A stretch of 24,000 nt of DNA from NCBI GenBank assembly GCA_017541375.1, contig JAFXZE010000005.1, positions 126,183 through 150,182 on the forward strand, read 5' to 3'. The translations under genes were made by a program, and so were the position numbers. A model generated the notes under the pieces. The model saw only the letters and a list, made by a program, of their open reading frames with translations. It was not told the DNA's origin and searched no databases. This document shows, in pieces, positions 1 through 6,505 of this stretch; the first letter of the stretch is position 1; every line of letters starts with the position of its first letter. Source of the stretch: Clostridia bacterium (GTDB taxonomy: Bacteria > Bacillota > Clostridia > Christensenellales > UBA1242).

Positions 1-1
1 T

Positions 2-424
2 TCTTGGAACGTTGAAAATGATGTAGAAGGCGAAATTTTCGTTCAACAATTAAAGAAAGTAATTGCTGACTGGGAAGTTGAAGCTACAGAAATTAAGGAC
101 AAGGCTATTGAGTCTTACCGTAAAAGAAGTGGTCATGACGACTCTACTCAACTTATTGAAGACACTTTCAAAACAAACTGTGTTATGAAAGTTGACGGAA
201 AGAAATACAACATTACTGAGAACGATGCTGACGTTTTACTTGCTATAGCTAATACTGCTGAAAAAGTTGAATTTGAATTAACATACTACTTTGAAGCACA
301 CAGTTACTGGATTATTGAACTTAACGTAATCCACAAAGAACAAAACGACATTCACCAAGGTAGCAAAGTAGTTGAAGTTGTTAAGACTGCAACTAACCCT
401 ACAACTGTTGTTTCTTACAAGTAA
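2..424 (+). CDS. Partial CDS (5' end outside window), hypothetical secreted/lipoprotein, paralog of the 716..1567 product
   Basis: Frame is open from base 2 (SWNVENDVEGEIFVQQLKK...) into the given 185..424 ORF. Shares the (K)xSGxDxSTQLIxDxFK...YYFEAxxYxIIExN pattern with the next gene. Confidence 0.8.
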   Translation, partial: SWNVENDVEGEIFVQQLKKVIADWEVEATEIKDKAIESYRKRSGHDDSTQLIEDTFKTNCVMKVDGKKYNITENDADVLLAIANTAEKVEFELTYYFEAHSYWIIELNVIHKEQNDIHQGSKVVEVVKTATNPTTVVSYK

Positions 425-439
425 TTAATAAACCAAATT

Positions 440-477
440 AAATAAAAACTTGTCTATAATTAGGCAAGTTTTTATTT
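440..477 (+). terminator. Rho-independent terminator
   Basis: AAATAAAAACTTG ... CAAGTTTTTATTT inverted repeat just after the stop codon. Confidence 0.8.
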
Positions 478-634
478 ATACCCTACCGACAATATTTTTG
501 TTTTATCGCACTAATAAATATAAAAATTATTAAAAAAGTAAAACTCTGTGTTATATTTTTTTATTAGACAGACTTTTCCTGTTATTTATGCCCAATTTTT
601 AAAAAATTTTTTCTTAAATTTTTATTAAATTTAC

Positions 635-663
635 TTGACAACACATCTTTGATGTGCTATAAT
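635..663 (+). promoter_or_regulatory. Sigma-A-like promoter with a palindromic spacer
   Basis: TTGACA (635-640), 17 nt, TATAAT (658-663). The spacer contains CACATC-TTT-GATGTG (642-656). Confidence 0.8.
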
Positions 664-715
664 ATGAGCAGACTTATGAGGGTGGGTTGGAATTAAATAA
701 AAAGGAGATTTTATT

Positions 716-1567
716 ATGTTTTCTGAAAAACTAAAAAAAGGATTATTAGCGAGTGCTCTAGCAGCGACTTGCGTATTTAGTATGGGCATATTCGCTGCTT
801 GTGGTTGTGGCGATGAGGACAAAGACAACAGCAACAAAGACAAAGCTCAAAACAACAGCGATAATGTTACTACTATCAGAATTGAAACCGTACCAGTAAA
901 TAGCAATGGTACAGCCTACGATGACAGTCATGTATATGAATTAATTGAAAAATTACTAGAATTGCAACTTCAAAAAGAGCAACAAGCTCAAGATGCAACT
1001 GCTAACAAACAAAAAGAAGTTGATCAAAGCGAATACCAAAGTTCTAAACAAGAAGATGGTATCGTTAAGGTAGCTCCTAAGAGCATTAACGACTGGATAG
1101 TTTATGACAACGGTAACTTCAAAACTTATGGAGAAGTTTGGAACGAATTTAAGACAAATGCTGAAAAACTCAGAGATGAGAAAATCGAATACTACAAAAA
1201 CAAAAGTGGTGCTGATGGTTCTACTCAATTGATTAAAGATTCATTTAAAGTAGAAGCTGCTGTAATAGTAGATGGCGTACGTTACAATCCAGACTGCAAC
1301 TTTAAAATGCTATCAAGAATTGTAAACGCAGCAAAAGAAGTTAACTTTGAATTTAGCTATTACTTTGAAGCAAATGGTTACACCATTATAGAATGGAATA
1401 TAATGAACAACAACCACGACAAATACAGTGATAGTAAAACTTACACACTTATCAAAACAACCCTCGAAGTTGATTCAGAGTACTACTACGCTGCCGCTAA
1501 AACTACAGAACCAGCATCTTCTGATCGTACTCCACTATACGGAGATCCTCACACAGAAGATAAATAA
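716..1567 (+). CDS. Hypothetical lipoprotein
   Basis: RBS AAGGAG upstream. N-terminal signal peptide ending in a lipobox-like FAAC followed by GCG. Paralog of the upstream partial CDS. Confidence 0.85.
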   Translation: MFSEKLKKGLLASALAATCVFSMGIFAACGCGDEDKDNSNKDKAQNNSDNVTTIRIETVPVNSNGTAYDDSHVYELIEKLLELQLQKEQQAQDATANKQKEVDQSEYQSSKQEDGIVKVAPKSINDWIVYDNGNFKTYGEVWNEFKTNAEKLRDEKIEYYKNKSGADGSTQLIKDSFKVEAAVIVDGVRYNPDCNFKMLSRIVNAAKEVNFEFSYYFEANGYTIIEWNIMNNNHDKYSDSKTYTLIKTTLEVDSEYYYAAAKTTEPASSDRTPLYGDPHTEDK

Positions 1568-1570
1568 TGA

Positions 1571-1598
1571 AAAACTTTGCTAATAGGCAAAGTTTTTT
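1571..1598 (+). terminator. Rho-independent terminator
   Basis: AAAACTTTGC-taatag-GCAAAGTTTTTT. Confidence 0.75.
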
Positions 1599-1725
1599 GC
1601 TTTTCCCCTGTTATTATCCCTTCAAAATCTCTTGGATTCAACTCCAAGAGATTTTTGTTTTTGTTTTGTATTTGCGATTGTTTTGTCTATATTCCCCTAC
1701 TTACTATCGAAAAAACCAATAAAAC

Positions 1726-1754
1726 TTGACAAAAATGCTATTTTGTGATAAAAT
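1726..1754 (+). promoter_or_regulatory. Sigma-A-like promoter
   Basis: TTGACA-17 nt-TAAAAT upstream of the 1804/1813 start. Confidence 0.6.
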
Positions 1755-1803
1755 ATACAAAAATGGGATGGGAACGGAAAAATCAAATAACTACTAATTT
1801 GAG

Positions 1804-2496
1804 GTGGAAGAAATGTTTCACAAACCAAAAGACATTTTAAAAAAGTCAAATTATACTCGCTCTAGAGAAGTGTATGAAATGATGCAAAATGCCTATCAAA
1901 AAGAAGTCGCTGAAGAAGATGAATTCGGCGATAACAATATCCTCAAGGCAAGAATGGTTGAAGGGAAATACAAAGTTAAAATTTTAGAAAGTATGGAACA
2001 TAGGTTCTTTTTTGAGGAAGACAAATTTTTTGTGCCAAGCGCGCGTGAGGTTGATGATGTACGCCTAAGAAAAAATGCGCAAAATTGTCTCAAGATTTTG
2101 TTTGACTATACCAATCTTCAATATAAAGACATCTTTAAGTTGCTCACAGATGACTACTCTTGTCAGTTGTGGATAAATGACCTGACTATCAAACCTGAAA
2201 AGCATGCGATTAAGCTTGCATGTCTTGCTTTGGGACTTGATAAAATTTTTGCTAGTGGAAAGTTTGGAAAAATAAAGCAAAAAATTAACAAACTCATCCA
2301 CATGGAAAAGAGTTATGACCAAAAAGCGACGATTTTTTCTAGTCTTGTTGAGCGTAACAAAGATTTACAAAAAGAAATATTTTCTAGGTTAAAAACAAAG
2401 CCATGTAAATACTCAGACAAATTTGACACAAGGTATGATGCAAAAATTGCTGAAAAAATGGCTGAAAAATCCGTTTCCTCTCCCACCCCACTATAG
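1804..2496 (+). CDS. Hypothetical protein
   Basis: 230-codon ORF with upstream promoter and downstream terminator. GAGGTGG at about 1801 suggests the real start may be the in-frame ATG at 1813 (MFHKPKD...). Confidence 0.8.
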   Translation: MEEMFHKPKDILKKSNYTRSREVYEMMQNAYQKEVAEEDEFGDNNILKARMVEGKYKVKILESMEHRFFFEEDKFFVPSAREVDDVRLRKNAQNCLKILFDYTNLQYKDIFKLLTDDYSCQLWINDLTIKPEKHAIKLACLALGLDKIFASGKFGKIKQKINKLIHMEKSYDQKATIFSSLVERNKDLQKEIFSRLKTKPCKYSDKFDTRYDAKIAEKMAEKSVSSPTPL

Positions 2497-2499
2497 GAT

Positions 2500-2530
2500 A
2501 AAAAGTGCTACTAAAAAGGTAGCCTTTTTT
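2500..2530 (+). terminator. Rho-independent terminator
   Basis: AAAAGTGCTAC-taaaaag-GTAGCCTTTTTT. Confidence 0.7.
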
Positions 2531-2654
2531 ATATGGTGAGATAAAAACATTTTAATATTTTTTGTAAATTTGATTGACTTTTTAATCCAAACAATTTAAA
2601 CTAAATTATACATAATGCTTATACTTTTGCAAAAAATAAAATTAGGAGAAACCA

Positions 2655-3614
2655 ATGGAAAGCAAATCAACCAATTATCGCTACTATATAATTGGGGCTA
2701 TTGTAGTTGTGGCACTCGCATTGCTGACTATACTAATCGTAAAGATAGCATCAAATGACATACCAGAGATTGATGTTGATAACAACTCACATAACACCCA
2801 AAATGACACTATTCAGACCTATTCCTCAACTGATGTAACTAGCAGTAATGTAACCACAGGTAAGATATGGACAGAAACAAATAACAACATGACCACAATG
2901 ATTGCCCGCCCTGCTGATAACTACATGTTTGGTTATTGGAATGTCACTGTAAATAGCACCACAAAAAAGTATTCTGCGATGGACACTATCGTAGTGCCTA
3001 GTGAAACGGCTAGCAACTACACTGCCGTGTTTATTTCAAACTCGAAGATATTACACATTACTACACTTGCTCAGTTTAGCAGCAATGCCACTAATGCATC
3101 TTATGATATGTTTGTCCTTGATAATGATATTGATGCAACAGGGGTAACATATAGTACTATTTCTGACTTTTATCAAAAAATATTTGATGGTAATGGACAT
3201 GTTATCAGAAATCTAAGCGCATCCCCCGGAGGAAATGAAAATTTTGGTGGTCTATTAAAGGGAGCTACTGACAGTGTTGTAAAAAATCTTACTTTAGATA
3301 ACTGCTCTATTGTCGACACTGGTTCAACTACAGTAAAAAAATTAGGTGGTATAGTTGGTCACACAATACGTAGTATAATATCAAATTGCGTATTCAGAGG
3401 TACAGTAAAGACCACTAAATCAGACTGCTCTGTAGGAGCATTTATCGGAGCAGCTTCTGGAAATACAGCCACAAGCTGTATAGAAAACTGCACCTATCAA
3501 GGAGCTGCTATCGGTGGAGCTGTCGCTGGTATGATGATAGGAAGTAACCCAAGCATGGCGTGTATTCTAAGAAACAACAAGAGCGAAGGTAGCGCTCAAG
3601 GCCCAATATCATAG
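2655..3614 (+). CDS. Membrane-anchored surface protein with GLUG-like repeats
   Basis: TAGGAG RBS and a single N-terminal TM helix (YIIGAIVVVALALLTILIV). C-terminal repeats such as FDGNGHVIRNLS..., NFGGLLKGATDSVVKNLTLDNCSI..., KLGGIVGHTIRSIISNCVFRGT resemble GLUG / beta-helix repeats. Confidence 0.7.
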   Translation: MESKSTNYRYYIIGAIVVVALALLTILIVKIASNDIPEIDVDNNSHNTQNDTIQTYSSTDVTSSNVTTGKIWTETNNNMTTMIARPADNYMFGYWNVTVNSTTKKYSAMDTIVVPSETASNYTAVFISNSKILHITTLAQFSSNATNASYDMFVLDNDIDATGVTYSTISDFYQKIFDGNGHVIRNLSASPGGNENFGGLLKGATDSVVKNLTLDNCSIVDTGSTTVKKLGGIVGHTIRSIISNCVFRGTVKTTKSDCSVGAFIGAASGNTATSCIENCTYQGAAIGGAVAGMMIGSNPSMACILRNNKSEGSAQGPIS

Positions 3615-3638
3615 AAAAAAGACCGACCGGTCTTTTTT
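3615..3638. terminator. Bidirectional terminator between convergent genes
   Basis: AAAAAAGACC-GACC-GGTCTTTTTT perfect inverted repeat. Confidence 0.85.
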
Positions 3639-3647
3639 ATTATGTTC

Positions 3648-3950
3648 TCATTTTTTAATCTTTACTAAGTCAGCATAAGTTGTTTTTATTATATCTATCA
3701 AATACTCGCTATCCTCTACATTTTCTATCATGTACATCGGCTTTGCATTTTTATATGGAATTATTTCCGCAAGGTCGTAAGACTTGTTTGACTCAGTCCG
3801 TTTTACCAAAAACCTATCGTCATAAATCCCCCCAAATACAACACCGTTGTAGTAAAACACACACTCCCCCATCATATATCGAAAACTAATACCAGAAATA
3901 CTAGATAATTGCTCCGCAATAAACTCTTTAAATTCTTTTGTAGATGCCAT
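3648..3950 (-). CDS. TfoX N-terminal domain protein
   Basis: Protein ISFRYMMGECVFYYNGVVFGGIYDDRFLVKRT... resembles TfoX-N. Start corrected to ATG at 3950 (MASTKEF...), preceded by GAGG. This removes the overlap with the upstream gene. Confidence 0.75.
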   Translation of the reverse strand: MASTKEFKEFIAEQLSSISGISFRYMMGECVFYYNGVVFGGIYDDRFLVKRTESNKSYDLAEIIPYKNAKPMYMIENVEDSEYLIDIIKTTYADLVKIKK

Positions 3951-3951
3951 A

Positions 3952-4206
3952 TTATCCTCGCTTCCACCTTTTGAGCGTGGGAAATAATTTGGTGCAAAAG
4001 GTACGCATCTCATCGTTGGTCATCCCTGCTTGTGAACCATATTGCGAGCACATATCGATATATTCTTCCATACTCACTTTATCAATAAATTCTCCATTTC
4101 GATAGCAGTATTTACAATAATCTTTACTGAATTTGCCGTCTTTTTCTGTCCCAAGTTCATCTTTATTTTTTAGTGGCATTCCACAACTTTGACAAATCTT
4201 TTCCAT
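3952..4206 (-). CDS. Small zinc-ribbon domain protein
   Basis: ICQSCGMPL...GTEKDGKFSKDYCKYCYRNGEF has the CxxC...CxxC layout typical of the putative zinc ribbon family. Confidence 0.8.
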   Translation of the reverse strand: MEKICQSCGMPLKNKDELGTEKDGKFSKDYCKYCYRNGEFIDKVSMEEYIDMCSQYGSQAGMTNDEMRTFCTKLFPTLKRWKRG

Positions 4207-4308
4207 AGTATTCTCCTTTTGTGGATATTATATCATAAATAACTAAAAATAGAAACTAAATGTTATAATAATATCAATACTAACCTCATATAATAGGCTG
4301 AGGTGAAT

Positions 4309-4569
4309 ATGGAAAATCCTATCAAAAACCACAAACTAATTTGTGAAAATCAAAAATATCTTTGTCTTACAGGAGTCGAAAAAACTGACACAGCCTCCCC
4401 CACTCATTTTAGTTGTGTGATAAATGGCAAAAGGCTAAATATCGTGGGCAAAAACCTAACCGTTAAAAAATTAGATGTAGCCGAAGGTGTGGTAGAACTC
4501 GAGGGCGATATCGAAGAAATAAAATATCAAGACTCTAAAACTCCGCTGATAAAAAGGTTGTTTCGCTAA
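4309..4569 (+). CDS. yabP: YabP/YqfC-family sporulation protein
   Basis: Small protein with LTGVEKTDTASPTHFSCVINGKRLNIVGKNLTVKKLDVAEGVVELEGDIEEIKY, consistent with YabP. Followed by YabQ-like and DivIC-like ORFs in the canonical order. ATG at 4309 has GAGGTG upstream. Confidence 0.75.
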   Translation: MENPIKNHKLICENQKYLCLTGVEKTDTASPTHFSCVINGKRLNIVGKNLTVKKLDVAEGVVELEGDIEEIKYQDSKTPLIKRLFR

Positions 4570-4889
4570 TGTTATTCACCAGCCTAAACCAAGGTTGGCT
4601 TTTTTTGATTTTTGTAAGTGCAGGATTATTCACATTCATTTTTCTCCTCCCTCTACACATTCTATATTATAAAGTTAAATCAAAGTGGCAAAATGTGATT
4701 ATATTTTTGCTAACCATACTTTATGGTTTTGTCTGTTGGATATTGATGCTAAAACTAAACTACGGAGAAGTAAGATTTTATATATTTTGCGCATACTTTG
4801 TCGGATTTTATATAGGAAAGACTATTTTTGCTTCCCTCCTCAAACTCAAATCAAAAAGTAGTACAATATTCTTTAGGAGAAAAAAATGA
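4569..4889 (+). CDS. yabQ: YabQ-like spore cortex biosynthesis membrane protein
   Basis: Multi-TM protein of about 106 aa with ...FVCWILMLKLNYGEVRFYIFCAYFVGFYIG. Start overlaps the yabP stop (TAATG). Supported by synteny. Confidence 0.65.
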   Translation: MLFTSLNQGWLFLIFVSAGLFTFIFLLPLHILYYKVKSKWQNVIIFLLTILYGFVCWILMLKLNYGEVRFYIFCAYFVGFYIGKTIFASLLKLKSKSSTIFFRRKK

Positions 4890-5146
4890 TTGGTGTAAAA
4901 ATTCAAATTCTACTGATTTGGAGTTTCGTCGCTGTAATTTGCATAGTAATATTTATTCAGCGTGCTGAAATCAACAACAAACAAACCCAACTTGATAATT
5001 TAAAATCGGAATATAGTATAATTAGTAGCCAAATTGAACTTGCTCGCGATGAACTTGACACCGTAAAATCTGAAGAAAATCAAATTTTATCAGCTCGCAA
5101 AAGAGGCTGGGGCTATCCCAACGAAAAAAGATATATAGCAAAATAA
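4886..5146 (+). CDS. divIC: DivIC/FtsB-like septum formation initiator
   Basis: One N-terminal TM helix, then a coiled coil (RAEINNKQTQLDNLKSEYSIISSQIELARDELD). ATGA overlap with yabQ, and yabP-yabQ-divIC order. Confidence 0.65.
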   Translation: MIGVKIQILLIWSFVAVICIVIFIQRAEINNKQTQLDNLKSEYSIISSQIELARDELDTVKSEENQILSARKRGWGYPNEKRYIAK

Positions 5147-5152
5147 ATTTGT

Positions 5153-5182
5153 TTGACAAACGAAACTCGAATTTGGTATAAT
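5153..5182 (+). promoter_or_regulatory. Consensus sigma-A-like promoter
   Basis: TTGACA (5153-5158), 18 nt, TATAAT (5177-5182), overlapping the over-extended TTG start in the ORF track. Confidence 0.8.
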
Positions 5183-5203
5183 TATCAAAAAATGAGGTGG
5201 ATT

Positions 5204-6370
5204 ATGCAGAGTTTTGTTATTGAAAACAAAGATTTAAAAAATCCAAATAACAAATATTTGTTAGATATATTTACAAAAAAACTCGATGATGAATTTTTAG
5301 AATATTTAAAAACAAGCGAAACAAAGGGATTGGACCTTTTTTACAACCTTTGCATTCTTCAAAAAATAAACCCACGAACTTTTTGTGAAAATCACAAAAA
5401 AACAATTCGTTGGACTCGGAGAGCTCGAGAACAAATTGAAAAGGAAAAATCAGGATTTTATGAAGAACTAAATCTAAAGGTACTCGACCTAAAGCTGGTG
5501 GATGTAACACTAACTAAAGAGGCAACCAAAAAAATAGTACAGATTTTACGACATGCCTCACGCTTTTTCTTTGATGTGCAGGTTCAATTCGAAAAAAGCC
5601 AAATTAGTTATTTTGAAATAAAAAACATTTCATCAATCTTACAAGTTGCGCCAAATCTCAAATTCCGTGGCGCGCCTGTAAAACAGCTTTTGGAAGCTGA
5701 ATTATTAAGCACGGAAATTGCTAATAAAATCAAAAAGCTCCACCTCTCACCTCTAGAAAAACTCATAATTGCCCACGATCACACAATTTTGGCTATAGAC
5801 TACGCCGATACAGTCAATTATGCAGAAATCATGAATGAGACTTGCTCAAAGCTAAAGATAAAATGTCACTATCTCGCACCCTCCTCCCCTCTTAGTGTGA
5901 GTTTTCTTATCTACGAACTTTGTGACCCTAAGTACAACATCAAAAAAGGCTCTTGCTATGTAGGAGATATCAATGAAGATGCAAAAAACAGCAAAAAGTT
6001 TATAAGTTATCTCAATATTTTGGATGCGCCTCAAGACATAATACTCACTCCGCTCATTGATTGCTTTACTATAGGCGATAAATACCTCACTCCCACACAA
6101 ATGCCAAACTTAAAACTTTTACTCACCACCCCATCACTAAACATCAAAACTTTACAATCAGCTATTCTTAATGCATATGCTACTTTTCAATTACCACAAC
6201 GTATTATGTCTCCTAGCACTATAAATGATGCTATAAACTTTTCTACAAAAATAGCCCCCAACAAATTGCGTAGCGGAAGTAAAAATCCCTTTTATGCCGA
6301 ATGGGAACAAAAAAAGGAAACTTCTACCCATCTAAAAAAGCGAATTACTCTTAAAACCTCACGCATTTAA
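5204..6370 (+). CDS. Hypothetical protein, possible degenerate transglutaminase-like protein
   Basis: Start corrected to ATG 5204 with GAGGTGG RBS. SPLEKLIIAHDHT... YAEIMNETCSKLKIKC... KYNIKKGSCYVGD... can be aligned by eye with the 9698..10693 transglutaminase-like protein. Confidence 0.8.
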   Translation: MQSFVIENKDLKNPNNKYLLDIFTKKLDDEFLEYLKTSETKGLDLFYNLCILQKINPRTFCENHKKTIRWTRRAREQIEKEKSGFYEELNLKVLDLKLVDVTLTKEATKKIVQILRHASRFFFDVQVQFEKSQISYFEIKNISSILQVAPNLKFRGAPVKQLLEAELLSTEIANKIKKLHLSPLEKLIIAHDHTILAIDYADTVNYAEIMNETCSKLKIKCHYLAPSSPLSVSFLIYELCDPKYNIKKGSCYVGDINEDAKNSKKFISYLNILDAPQDIILTPLIDCFTIGDKYLTPTQMPNLKLLLTTPSLNIKTLQSAILNAYATFQLPQRIMSPSTINDAINFSTKIAPNKLRSGSKNPFYAEWEQKKETSTHLKKRITLKTSRI

Positions 6371-6393
6371 AGTCAAAATATTATTGACTTTTT
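6369..6393 (+). terminator. Terminator-like hairpin
   Basis: AAAGTCAA-aatatta-TTGACTTTTTT overlapping the stop codon of the preceding CDS. Confidence 0.6.
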
Positions 6394-6412
6394 TCTTTTA
6401 TTGAGCTATAAT
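6384..6412 (+). promoter_or_regulatory. ileS promoter
   Basis: TTGACT-17 nt-TATAAT, located 94 nt upstream of the ileS ATG. Confidence 0.75.
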
Positions 6413-6429
6413 CATAAAAGCGAAAAATT

Positions 6430-6484
6430 ATCCACTAATCCTGTGTTTGCTAGCATCTTATTCTAGCTAATAGTGGATGTTTTT
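6430..6484 (+). promoter_or_regulatory. Leader hairpin followed by a short T-run upstream of ileS (possible attenuator)
   Basis: ATCCACTA (6430-6437) pairs with TAGTGGAT (6471-6478). Inner GCTAG (6449-6453) pairs with CTAGC (6463-6467). Followed by G then TTTTT (6480-6484). Confidence 0.5.
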
Positions 6485-6505
6485 GTGTATATAATAGGAG
6501 AAAAT

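Noticed and set aside
631-843. 70-aa minus-strand ORF over the lipoprotein promoter and signal peptide
   Set aside because: Antisense to a clear promoter and lipoprotein start, with Ser/Leu-rich low complexity.
3951-4013. Overlap between the TfoX-like and zinc-ribbon genes, possibly indicating a fusion or frameshift
   Set aside because: The TfoX-like ORF has an internal ATG at 3950 with a GAGG RBS just after the upstream stop, which removes the overlap.
6413-6505. T-box riboswitch upstream of ileS
   Set aside because: The leader is far too short and I do not see the T-box core or a specifier/antiterminator arrangement.
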